A stretch of 61,607 nt of DNA, counting the filler. It is 6 parts of 6 records of this genome, joined end to end, with 100 filler letters (N's around TTAATTAATTAA, not from the genome) between each part and the next. Parts side by side here need not be neighbours in the genome. Positions count along the whole stretch, not along the records: positions 13,843 to 30,587 come from SRR20825010_4255; positions 30,688 to 42,864 come from SRR20825010_4258; 4 more parts are not named here. One strand, 5' to 3'. How positions within the stretch are numbered: the first letter of the stretch is position 1; each line of letters starts with the position of its first letter. This document shows positions 28,368-37,324 of the stretch, piece after piece. A program made the position numbers and the translations under genes. The notes below the pieces were generated by a model. That model saw only the letters and a list, made by a program, of their open reading frames with translations. It searched no databases and was not told where the DNA came from.

Positions 28368-30053
28368 ATGAAGAAAATTATACGTATATACCTACTAATA
28401 TTCGTTATTGTATTAATTGCTTGTCAGTCTGATGATGACAGTTCAAACCTACCGAATCCAGAAAACAGCAATGTTATTTTAAATAGTAATAATCTTTCAG
28501 AGCGTATAAATTTTAAATCTACAGGGGTGGTTAGTGTAAAAGGAGCTCCTTTAGAGAATCCTGAAGAAGTTTCTGAGAAAAATTCAAGTAAAGTTCCTGG
28601 AAAAGACAAGGTAGCTAGTGATCTTCCGCTTGTGCAAATAGCTAAGGTTTCTGCGCCAGTTTATAATGGTACTGTATTAAGAGCAACACATGTAGCTATA
28701 AATGGTAACTATGCATACGTTTCTTATAATGTGGAAGGAGATACATATTTAGGAGCTGTGGATGTAATAGATATTTCAAACCCGTTAAATCCTTCAGTGG
28801 TATTGCAAGCTATATTCCCAAATACAGATATAAGTTCATTAGATTTTTATCAAAATGCATTATACATGGCTGGAGCAAATCCATCAATGAGTACCGATGA
28901 TGCAAACCCAGCTTTCATACTTAAAATGGAATTACAGGATGGGCTTCTTACCGAAAACATAACTATAATGGACATGCCGGGATATGTAGCAACAGATGTT
29001 GTGGTAAATACCAATGGCGTTTTTGGAGTTTCGGGAGACAATGGTATTTTGGGGAAATATAATCTAAATACCCAACAACTAGATCAAGATGCTTTTTTAA
29101 CAGATTTAAGAGCTGTAGAAATTTATAACGACAATAAAATTATTGTATTGAGTGGTACAGAGGGAATTCATGTGTATAATTCTAGTAATTTAAATGAAAC
29201 CAATAGTTTCGAAACCAGTCAAGATGTAGCAGAAGCAAAGCGAACCATTGATTTTTATAAAAATAATGTGTTGGTTTCTGAGGGGCCTAAAGGCTTAGGG
29301 GTATACCAAATTAGTAATGGATCTAAAGTAGCAACAATAGATATTCCTGAAGTTGATTCTGAGGAGGCTATCAACCCTAATGACGTTGTTACCAATGCTG
29401 TTTCTGTAGAGAACGAACATATTTTTACTGCAAATGGAGCTGGAGGAGTTTCTGTTTATAAAATAAATGATGCTATAAATAATTTCATCACCATAGGAAC
29501 TCTTAATTTAGAAGGGTCTGCAAACTATATAAAAAGTAAGAAGGACTATATTTTTGTTGCAGATGGTAAAGAGGGATTAAAAATACTTAAAACAGTTACC
29601 ACTCCAGATTCTGGAAGCGGGATTGTATGTTCAGATTACCCTCCATATACAGGGGGGTATTGGCTAAATGTAAATTCTAATAGAGAGGAGGCTTATAGCG
29701 GGTCTGCTAGTTTAATGGGGGTTAATGTAAACGCTAAGGCCAATCTTGTTTTTTGCGGTGCTCTTGCGGTAAATAAAGGGGTTAATGTAAATAGTAAAGG
29801 AACATTTTTAATAAAAGGAGCATTAGCTCAAGGCACTACAGAAGCTCCGTATAATGCTTTAATTGTTAATAATGATGGAGTGTTACAGATAGAAGGAAGC
29901 TTGGTTATATACGGAAATATGATTTTAAATAATGGGGCAACTCTCCAATTTTTAGGGAGTGAGTCTTCCATAACAGTTTACGGAAAAGTGACTAAAAATG
30001 GTAATGTAACTATTACCGGAGATTATACAGATACATTCAATAGCCTGAAATAA
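28368..30053 (+). CDS. Lipoprotein with LVIVD-like beta-propeller repeats and a C-terminal beta-rich domain
   Basis: Lipobox LIAC followed by QSDDD; YAYVSY..VDVIDISNP and YIFVADGKEGLKIL repeats. Confidence 0.75.
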   Translation: MKKIIRIYLLIFVIVLIACQSDDDSSNLPNPENSNVILNSNNLSERINFKSTGVVSVKGAPLENPEEVSEKNSSKVPGKDKVASDLPLVQIAKVSAPVYNGTVLRATHVAINGNYAYVSYNVEGDTYLGAVDVIDISNPLNPSVVLQAIFPNTDISSLDFYQNALYMAGANPSMSTDDANPAFILKMELQDGLLTENITIMDMPGYVATDVVVNTNGVFGVSGDNGILGKYNLNTQQLDQDAFLTDLRAVEIYNDNKIIVLSGTEGIHVYNSSNLNETNSFETSQDVAEAKRTIDFYKNNVLVSEGPKGLGVYQISNGSKVATIDIPEVDSEEAINPNDVVTNAVSVENEHIFTANGAGGVSVYKINDAINNFITIGTLNLEGSANYIKSKKDYIFVADGKEGLKILKTVTTPDSGSGIVCSDYPPYTGGYWLNVNSNREEAYSGSASLMGVNVNAKANLVFCGALAVNKGVNVNSKGTFLIKGALAQGTTEAPYNALIVNNDGVLQIEGSLVIYGNMILNNGATLQFLGSESSITVYGKVTKNGNVTITGDYTDTFNSLK

Positions 30054-30177
30054 CCCTCTCTTATTCAATTCTTCTAAGTTTCACACCTAATTTTTAGCAA
30101 AATATTAGGTTTAATAATCGATGGGATATCAATTATTATTTATAATTTTAAAAGGATAATTTTTTAATTTCTGAAGA

Positions 30178-30510
30178 ATGAAAAATCGAATACTAGTTTT
30201 ATCTCTTATATTTTTCTCTTTGAAAGGATATTGTCAGACCGCTAATGATTCAATTAAGTTGCCTTCATTAAATTCGTTTTACTTATCATCAAGTAAGCTA
30301 GATTTTAATGAATTTAATTATTCTTACAATTTAAAGAAGCAATTAATACCATATATTCTAAAGGTAGATGGAATTAATGCTGATAATGTGTATCCAATAT
30401 CTTTTAAGAATTATTTTTTTAAAGATTATTATGATATTTATAATGATAATTTAGAAAGGTTTATACCAAAACCTCCAGATATAACTACACATTTAATTCC
30501 ATTTGAATGA
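30178..30510 (+). CDS. Hypothetical secreted protein
   Basis: 110-aa ORF with a signal-peptide-like N-terminus. Confidence 0.55.
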   Translation: MKNRILVLSLIFFSLKGYCQTANDSIKLPSLNSFYLSSSKLDFNEFNYSYNLKKQLIPYILKVDGINADNVYPISFKNYFFKDYYDIYNDNLERFIPKPPDITTHLIPFE

Positions 30511-30559
30511 TAGGAATAACCATTTTGTAAATGATTCAATATTTTTAGAATTCAATATA

Positions 30560-30587
30560 GAGGTGTCAAAAATGTAGAATTCTTCTT
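30560..30587 (+). mobile_element. Possible IS/MITE terminus at the right edge of contig 2
   Basis: GAGGTGTCAAAAATGTAG... resembles, in inverted orientation, the terminus at 13843-13870; both start 28 nt from the contig end. Confidence 0.4.
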
Positions 30588-30687
30588 NNNNNNNNNNNNN
30601 NNNNNNNNNNNNNNNNNNNNNNNNNNNNNNNTTAATTAATTAANNNNNNNNNNNNNNNNNNNNNNNNNNNNNNNNNNNNNNNNNNNN
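30588..30687. other. Artificial contig linker
   Basis: N-run containing TTAATTAATTAA. Confidence 0.99.
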
Positions 30688-30705
30688 GCGACTCAATTGA
30701 GTCGC
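30688..30705 (-). terminator. Hairpin after the metalloprotease gene (truncated by the contig edge)
   Basis: Perfect palindrome GCGACTCAATTGAGTCGC, 21 nt past the stop. Confidence 0.6.
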
Positions 30706-30726
30706 CCTTCTGTTTTTCATCCTTTT

Positions 30727-31488
30727 TTACTTTCCTCCATTAGCTTTTAAGTCTGCCAAACATTGGGCATCTAAAGCTGGTGGAGCATTCATTCCCAATA
30801 AATCATCTAAACCAGCGGTAGATTCCACCGCGAAATACATCAAACAATCATCTACATCGCAATGATGTCCATTGGCGACATCCTGATGGTCGCTCTGTAA
30901 TGGAGAACCCGTATTCACTAAACCTAAAATATGCCCGAACTCATGGGCCATTACACTTGAGGTTAAAAGTGCTGTAGAGGACTGACCAATTCCGCCCGAA
31001 AGCTCTTCGATTCTACTTTGAAAAAGTACCATGGAGGTATTTTTATAGGCCACGCCCAATACGTTTTCGTTTGGTGCATAACTGCCATCAGCAAAGAACA
31101 AATAAGCACCAATGGTGGACTCATTATTGAATTTTAGTCGATTAGCGGTTTCAATATCTACCAATTCCTGAAGGGTATATTGAGATTTTCCTGCAGTAGA
31201 AATTTGGCGTGTTGTCACCGAAATTCCGCCTGACTTATTCAATCGCTCTGCCAAAAAATTTCTAATGTAATCTACACTTGCAGATGGTGGTTCAAAGCCT
31301 GCTGCATAAACCAACTCCACTTCCAGTCGAGTATAATTAGATGACGCTAAAAGGTCATTGGCCGATTCACCTACAGCTTTGTTGTTCAAATTTCCATTTC
31401 CACCTCCATTTGGGTCCGAATCACCTCCACATGAGGCTAAAAGTAAGCATAGTGCAACTGAGTAAATTCCTGACTTTATTTTCTTCAT
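30727..31488 (-). CDS. Zinc metalloprotease lipoprotein (zincin)
   Basis: Lipobox LASC; HEFGHILGLVN; HC...CLM Met-turn-like motif. Confidence 0.82.
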   Translation of the reverse strand: MKKIKSGIYSVALCLLLASCGGDSDPNGGGNGNLNNKAVGESANDLLASSNYTRLEVELVYAAGFEPPSASVDYIRNFLAERLNKSGGISVTTRQISTAGKSQYTLQELVDIETANRLKFNNESTIGAYLFFADGSYAPNENVLGVAYKNTSMVLFQSRIEELSGGIGQSSTALLTSSVMAHEFGHILGLVNTGSPLQSDHQDVANGHHCDVDDCLMYFAVESTAGLDDLLGMNAPPALDAQCLADLKANGGK

Positions 31489-31549
31489 AGTTTCTAAACT
31501 TGTAATTACTTACGATGTTCAAACTCTACTTGGTTTAGTCACCTTACTC

Positions 31550-32029
31550 CTAATTCACAAAAAGCGATTTGGCCTTTTTCTTAATAACAAGCATCCCTAC
31601 AAAACCCGTCAACGCTGTAGCAAGCATTACCACCCACCAAAAGTATTGCATATCGAAAAAGCGCACCCCTATTTCGGACCAGAAAGCACAGTAGAGCCCT
31701 ACTACTGACCAGCTCATAAAATAGAAATGCTTTTTGTACCAATCTTTACTCTTTCTCATGGCTGGAATAACACCTAAAAGCACCGTAACCAAGCTGATAA
31801 AGGCAAAGGCATGAAATAGCGAAAAGCTTCCGAAATTATAAATACCAAAACCACTGAGGTTCATGAGCACCATTGAACTCACATAGGCATAACCTATTTT
31901 TCTATGCAGAGCCGTTCCCTTATTGTTGAATACTACCAATGCTCCAAAAATCATGGCCAACACTGCACAACAGGTATGAAGAAGTCCTAAATAAGAACTA
32001 AACACATTTAAGCTTTCTAAGAACTCCAT
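31550..32029 (-). CDS. DUF2306-like membrane protein
   Basis: KGTALHRKIGYAY motif, conserved His residues, 5 TM helices. Confidence 0.75.
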   Translation of the reverse strand: MEFLESLNVFSSYLGLLHTCCAVLAMIFGALVVFNNKGTALHRKIGYAYVSSMVLMNLSGFGIYNFGSFSLFHAFAFISLVTVLLGVIPAMRKSKDWYKKHFYFMSWSVVGLYCAFWSEIGVRFFDMQYFWWVVMLATALTGFVGMLVIKKKAKSLFVN

Positions 32030-32031
32030 CC

Positions 32032-32571
32032 TTATTTAATTTTAGTCAGGTTCATCTCCAAAACCGTAAAAGCCTGACCATTGGCCATCACAAATTCTCC
32101 TTCCTCATGCCATGTATCTTCCCCCAATGTAATGGTGTATCGAATACTTCCTCCAGGCACATCGAAACCCCAAACAAACTGCCCTTGCTCATTAATTTTA
32201 CCAGATGACATGGCTTGGTTTCCATCGGCAGTAAGCGACTTCATTTCGTACTGCTTCTTTTCATTGTTGTAATAAAGTATGCCTAAAGACTCGAAACCGA
32301 CCGCTCCATCAGACTTATTGCGTCCGATGCCTTCGGCCAAAATTGCACTTCCACCTACTTTGAGCTGAATATTTTCCTCCACTGTAAATTCTGTTTTTTG
32401 CTGTGTCTGATCTATAGACCAGCCTTCACCCTTCCATTTGCCCACCCAAGTAGAAAATTTATTCATTGCCGCAACATTCGTTGTACTCATGTCTTGCGCC
32501 TTGGCCGCATGATTTACAAGTGCCCCGTAAAGCACTACGATAAAGATAAAAATTGCTTTGACTGTCTTCAT
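32032..32571 (-). CDS. Secreted beta-barrel protein (DUF1579-like)
   Basis: Signal peptide from MKTVK, WVGKWKGEGW motif; alternative start at 32592. Confidence 0.65.
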   Translation of the reverse strand: MKTVKAIFIFIVVLYGALVNHAAKAQDMSTTNVAAMNKFSTWVGKWKGEGWSIDQTQQKTEFTVEENIQLKVGGSAILAEGIGRNKSDGAVGFESLGILYYNNEKKQYEMKSLTADGNQAMSSGKINEQGQFVWGFDVPGGSIRYTITLGEDTWHEEGEFVMANGQAFTVLEMNLTKIK

Positions 32572-32650
32572 TTTGATTGATTCCGTTTCCATGATTTTCG
32601 ATTTTAATTATTACAAACTAGTTTACATTATAAACCATAATTGCAAAAAA

Positions 32651-32938
32651 TTATGGCTTGAGGTACTGTTGAATTTCCTTCACGTAAGAGTCAAAAGCAT
32701 CAACTCCTTTCTGTGTCACCTTGCAGGTTGTTTTGGGCTTTTTGCCTTCGAATTGCTTGGTTATTTCTATGTAACCTGCAGTTGAAAGCTTGTCCAGCTG
32801 CACGCTCAAATTACCCGCAGTAGATTCCGTTTGCTCTTTTATATACACAAAATCCGCGGCCTCCACACTGATCAGTAATGACATTACTGCCAACCTAAGC
32901 TGAGAATGTAAAAGCGGATCGAGTTGATTAAACCCCAT
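32651..32938 (-). CDS. Winged-helix transcriptional regulator (HTH_34/ArsR-like)
   Basis: LDPLLHSQLRLAVMSLL...TAGNLSVQL..L..AGYI...K.F.GKKP.T pattern. Confidence 0.88.
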   Translation of the reverse strand: MGFNQLDPLLHSQLRLAVMSLLISVEAADFVYIKEQTESTAGNLSVQLDKLSTAGYIEITKQFEGKKPKTTCKVTQKGVDAFDSYVKEIQQYLKP

Positions 32939-33509
32939 TGTTTCTGAAATTTGCTTTCATAATATATCCAGGCACTAAATAACCTATTGCGACACCAAAA
33001 GCCAGTAAAAGCATTTGATAATTTTCTGGTTGTCTAAATGCAATAAATGCCAAGATCCAGAACGCAAAACCTCCAAATTGTAAAGGCTTAAAGCCCATCA
33101 TTGCTCCAGATACGGCTGTTCCAACGCCCGCCAAAAGTAGTATGAAAGGAACAGTATTCCAGTTAATCAACTCACCATTAAAAACAATAGTAAACATGGC
33201 CATTCCTAAACTGAACCAAAGCCAACCATACATTTTGTCGGCATAGTTTTTTACCTGACTTTTCTTACCCTGCCTCGCTCCAACTACACCAGAAATAATT
33301 CCTCCAACTATGGTCAATGACCAACCAATAAAAGGGTACTCAAAATCTGTGAAGGTAGATAGATAGTAATGTCCAACACTAGCAACTAGGACTATCCAGC
33401 CCCACAACAAAAAGAAGAAGCTGTTGTCTGAGTAGCGTTTCCGGGCTTTTCCAATCATCGACTGAATCAGCGCCATGCTTTCTTGAGGAGTTAATTCTTT
33501 CTCTTCCAT
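32928..33509 (-). CDS. Membrane protein coupled to the wHTH regulator
   Basis: ESMALIQSMI...FLLWG, about 6 TM helices, GYLVPGY; overlaps the wHTH start. Confidence 0.75.
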   Translation of the reverse strand: MEEKELTPQESMALIQSMIGKARKRYSDNSFFFLLWGWIVLVASVGHYYLSTFTDFEYPFIGWSLTIVGGIISGVVGARQGKKSQVKNYADKMYGWLWFSLGMAMFTIVFNGELINWNTVPFILLLAGVGTAVSGAMMGFKPLQFGGFAFWILAFIAFRQPENYQMLLLAFGVAIGYLVPGYIMKANFRNNGV

Positions 33510-33623
33510 GTTTAATAATTTCTTCAAATGTAAAGTAGTTTATTTTATAAACCAAATAGATACACGCACTGAACCATCAAGCTCATTCCTTATGTCTTGA
33601 AAATCAATCAGGGAGCAATTGAA

Positions 33624-34793
33624 CTATTTAACATGAATCTTAATGACTACAGCGGACGCATCTCTCAACCTTTCGGAAAGTGCTTCTATTTTAGATCTAT
33701 GAACTTCTAAATCCGGTCTTGAAGCCATTCTCTCTTTGACTATGCCCAACTCATAGTTAGCTTGCTCTATATCTTTTGCCGTAAAAAGATATTCTCCGTC
33801 TAAATGAAAGTAATCAATAGGGAGCTGTAGCACCGTTTTATCTTGAACCATAGAAGAATATACATGATACACGGAATCCCTTTTATTGGCCATATAAATA
33901 TATCTCTTCGCCTTATATGTAAAGCTAAAAGTTTCAACAGCATCACTGTTTAAGTAACTCCCAAGAAAATATGCCTTATCTGACCGCATGACATCAGTGC
34001 TTGTAATTCCTGGTTCATCGATTAAGTCCCCAATTTCAAGTCGAATATCTTGAAAATCAATAAAGCGATGACTTAAGAGTATACCCTTGTCTACTTTGTA
34101 TATAGTGTCATTAAACGCCTCAATAAAATAGTCGTTTCCCATATTAGTATAAAACGGATTTTTCTGTGAAAATGTAAAACCCTGTAGATTTGGTTTAATA
34201 GGAGAGCCTTGATAGGTTATATCATCATTTTTATAGTTGTAAATGCTAACATTAAAAGGTGAGTCGTCAAAAGGGCTATTTAACTGATAATTGAGGATAT
34301 GCTCATCATGGGTAAGGTAAGTTCTAAAGCCCATGTGATTTTTTCTGTACGTTTTAATGGGCTGAAAATCATCTAAGTCATAATATTCAACCTTAAGCAG
34401 ATCATTAATAACAATGCTATTTTCATAAAATGAAAAATTGAATATCTCATTGTACTCGTTAGGGCCTGCCCCTAATGAAAATAGGGTTTTTTTAAACTCC
34501 CAATCCTTGCTAAACTGATGTATTTTCTGAGTTATTAAATCTAGAACATAATAATTATTTCGGTACAATTGAATATCCGACACGGAACCCATCAGTTCGT
34601 TTTCAGGCAGGTATAAGGGTATAATACTTACAGAATCAAACACTTCCGATTCAGTGAGCTTATCTAAAAAATATTCCTTTTCTATTTTTATAACATTGGT
34701 TGTTAGGTTTTCAATTTTTCTGCTCTTTTCACCTGTGCAACTTGTTGATAGAACTATTAAAACAATGAGTAGGCACCGTTGGTACATTGGCAT
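33624..34793 (-). CDS. 6-bladed beta-propeller lipoprotein (Bacteroidota DUF5128/TolB-like)
   Basis: Lipobox STSC, GAGPNEY motif, NDTIY. Confidence 0.72.
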   Translation of the reverse strand: MPMYQRCLLIVLIVLSTSCTGEKSRKIENLTTNVIKIEKEYFLDKLTESEVFDSVSIIPLYLPENELMGSVSDIQLYRNNYYVLDLITQKIHQFSKDWEFKKTLFSLGAGPNEYNEIFNFSFYENSIVINDLLKVEYYDLDDFQPIKTYRKNHMGFRTYLTHDEHILNYQLNSPFDDSPFNVSIYNYKNDDITYQGSPIKPNLQGFTFSQKNPFYTNMGNDYFIEAFNDTIYKVDKGILLSHRFIDFQDIRLEIGDLIDEPGITSTDVMRSDKAYFLGSYLNSDAVETFSFTYKAKRYIYMANKRDSVYHVYSSMVQDKTVLQLPIDYFHLDGEYLFTAKDIEQANYELGIVKERMASRPDLEVHRSKIEALSERLRDASAVVIKIHVK

Positions 34794-34886
34794 GTTGATG
34801 GATTTGAGTTAGTAAGTTTAACGAAAAAAAATCATCATATTTAAATGTCACATTCGAATCAATACCTTTGACGCTCACGAATAATC

Positions 34887-35723
34887 ATGACCAAAATTTT
34901 AATAGCAGATAGCGGCTTTACCAAAACCGATTGGCGTCTGATTGGCGTCAATGGAAATATTGAGCAAGCCCGCACCGCAGGCATTAACCCTTATTACCAG
35001 ACTGAAGATGAAATTCTGTTGGTCATTCAAGACCTCCACAATCAATTGCCAGATCCGGTAGATGAAATCTACTTTTATGGAACCGGCTGTTCTTCAGACA
35101 CTAACCGCGACAAAGTTGCGAGGATTCTAAATCGCTACTATAAAGAAGCCAAAATTGATGTGAACCATGATTTATTGGCCGCTGCGCGCTCATTATGTGG
35201 CACTGAAAAAGGCATTACCTGCATCATAGGCACAGGCACAAATTCATGCCTTTACGATGGCGCTAAAATCATTAGCAATGTACCCTCCATGGGTTGGGCC
35301 ATAGCCGATGAAGGTGGGGGAACCTATTTGGGCAAAACTTTAGTCACCGATTATTTCAGAAAAGACATGCCCGAACATTTGAGGGTTATTTTCAAAGATC
35401 GTTTCGGCTTGAACAAGGATGCGTTTCTAACCGCCATTTATCAAGAACCAATGCCAGGTCGTTTTTTGGCCAACTTCGCGAAGTTTATCAACGAGCACAT
35501 CAGCGATCCGTACATGTATAAATTGGTGTACGATGCCTTTACCACCTTCATCACGAAAAACGTGGCGAAATATGAAGGCTACAAAGAAGTGCCCGTTCAT
35601 TTTACGGGTTCTGTGGCCTATTACTTTAACAATATTTTACGGAAAGTGGCAGTAGACCAAGGCATTTACATCAAGCACATTACTGAACACCCAATTGCTG
35701 GGCTCACGCTTTTTCACCAATAA
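34887..35723 (+). CDS. BadF/BadG-family amino-sugar kinase (GlcNAc/MurNAc kinase)
   Basis: LIADSGFTKTDW, GINPYY, FYGTGC, IIGTGTNS and DEGGG motifs; TACCTTTG -7 element at 34863-34870. Confidence 0.87.
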   Translation: MTKILIADSGFTKTDWRLIGVNGNIEQARTAGINPYYQTEDEILLVIQDLHNQLPDPVDEIYFYGTGCSSDTNRDKVARILNRYYKEAKIDVNHDLLAAARSLCGTEKGITCIIGTGTNSCLYDGAKIISNVPSMGWAIADEGGGTYLGKTLVTDYFRKDMPEHLRVIFKDRFGLNKDAFLTAIYQEPMPGRFLANFAKFINEHISDPYMYKLVYDAFTTFITKNVAKYEGYKEVPVHFTGSVAYYFNNILRKVAVDQGIYIKHITEHPIAGLTLFHQ

Positions 35724-35736
35724 AATAGCATTGCAC

Positions 35737-36546
35737 ATGAACATTACAGAATCCGAATCTAATTACAACTCGCTTGAAAATATGTCGGTGGCCGACTTAC
35801 TGACCAATATTAATAAGGAAGATCAAACGGTTGCTATGGCCGTGCAAAAAGTGATTCCTCAAATCGAAGCTTTGGTCAATCAGATTGTTCCTCGCATGCA
35901 AATGGGAGGAAGGATTTTCTACATTGGCGCAGGCACCAGTGGGCGTTTGGGGGTAGTGGATGCTTCAGAATGCCCTCCCACTTATGGGGTTGAGCATGGT
36001 GTGGTGGTAGGCATTATTGCTGGCGGAGACACTGCCATTCGCAAAGCGGTTGAAAACGCAGAAGATGATGCCAATCAAGCTTGGGAAGACTTGGAAGAGC
36101 ACATCATCAATCATAAAGACACCGTCATCGGTATTGCAGCTTCGGGCGGAACGCCTTACGTAATTGGTGGAATAAAAGAAGCCAGAAAAAATGGAGTGCT
36201 CACGGGCTGCATTGTCTGTAACCCCGACAGCCCTGTAGCCTGGGAGGCTGAATTTCCTGTTGAACCCATTGTAGGCCCCGAGTTTATTACAGGCAGCACG
36301 CGCATGAAGGCCGGAACAGCGCAAAAGTTGGTGCTGAACATGATTTCTACTTCGGTAATGATTCAATTAGGCAAAGTGCAAGGCAATAGAATGGTCGACA
36401 TGCAGCTTTCCAATAATAAGCTGGTAGACCGTGGCACAAGAATGATTATGGAGATGCTACAAATTGACAGCCCTACTGCCGAAAATTTACTCCGAACTCA
36501 TGGTTCTGTGAGAAAAGTGATTGATTTTGTAATGAGTCAGGGGTAA
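35737..36546 (+). CDS. murQ: N-acetylmuramic acid 6-phosphate etherase
   Basis: GAGTSGRLGVVDASECPPTYG, GPEFITGSTRMKAGTAQKLVLNM and NNKLVDR motifs. Confidence 0.97.
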   Translation: MNITESESNYNSLENMSVADLLTNINKEDQTVAMAVQKVIPQIEALVNQIVPRMQMGGRIFYIGAGTSGRLGVVDASECPPTYGVEHGVVVGIIAGGDTAIRKAVENAEDDANQAWEDLEEHIINHKDTVIGIAASGGTPYVIGGIKEARKNGVLTGCIVCNPDSPVAWEAEFPVEPIVGPEFITGSTRMKAGTAQKLVLNMISTSVMIQLGKVQGNRMVDMQLSNNKLVDRGTRMIMEMLQIDSPTAENLLRTHGSVRKVIDFVMSQG

Positions 36547-36574
36547 AAAAAGCCCAAAGCCGTCTGCCTTGGGC
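36545..36574 (-). terminator. Terminator between convergent murQ and gyrI-like genes
   Basis: GCCCAA...TTGGGC stem preceded by an A7 run. Confidence 0.6.
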
Positions 36575-36612
36575 CAATGAAGTAATGGAATTGTGTTGTT
36601 TTGAATTGATTG

Positions 36613-37218
36613 TTATTTCACTGCATATCTGAGAATAGTTTTAAGTTTATCTTCTGCTGTTTTTCTTGGGTCGGAAATATAGATTTCGTGGTGATACCCA
36701 TTCATTACTAGGTCATTTTCCTTCATAAAGGCAAAGATCTTTTCCAGTGTTCTGCGCTCGTCATAATACGAACCGATATGCAAGGCTTGCACAGATTTAC
36801 CTTCGTGAATCGATTCGAATTTTAGCTGGTGATCGTTGTTCAGCTTTCCTTCTTTTACTAATTGATCAACCACCACTTTGAACTCCCCTTCTCCAACAAA
36901 ATCGGGCATACGGAACATGATTTTCCAAAACCATTCTTCTTGAGGCGTTTCTTCAAAAGGCAACTCTCCTTCTACCCACCAAAAGGCTTCCATTTTCGGA
37001 ACGACAAAGTCCATCCCTTCATTTTTGTGGAAGAATTTTATGCCATACACCAGCTTATATAAATCGTCAATGGCAGCTAAAAAAACGGAGGCGTTTGGTT
37101 CGGAATTACCCTGAATGGTGACGTACTGATAAGGTTCCAGCTCTACCAACTGAGGATTGCCTTTTGTCTTGTAGTATTCCGGGTAGGCTTCGGTCAGGTT
37201 TAATTTCGACATGATCAT
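36613..37218 (-). CDS. GyrI-like small-molecule-binding domain protein
   Basis: DFVVPKMEAFWW, HIGSY and HHEIYISDPRKTAEDKLKTILR motifs. Confidence 0.88.
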   Translation of the reverse strand: MIMSKLNLTEAYPEYYKTKGNPQLVELEPYQYVTIQGNSEPNASVFLAAIDDLYKLVYGIKFFHKNEGMDFVVPKMEAFWWVEGELPFEETPQEEWFWKIMFRMPDFVGEGEFKVVVDQLVKEGKLNNDHQLKFESIHEGKSVQALHIGSYYDERRTLEKIFAFMKENDLVMNGYHHEIYISDPRKTAEDKLKTILRYAVK

Positions 37219-37270
37219 AGGGTTCTTTTTTTGGCTTAAAAAATTGATTATGCATCAAAGTAAATGGCCA

Positions 37271-37294
37271 CTAGTGACAACCCTATGTCAGTAG
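37271..37294. promoter_or_regulatory. Putative WYL-regulator operator
   Basis: CTAGTGACA-ACCCTA-TGTCAGTAG inverted repeat between the WYL gene and the gyrI-like gene. Confidence 0.7.
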
Positions 37295-37324
37295 ATTTTA
37301 GAAAAGGTTGATTTTTTTATTTCA

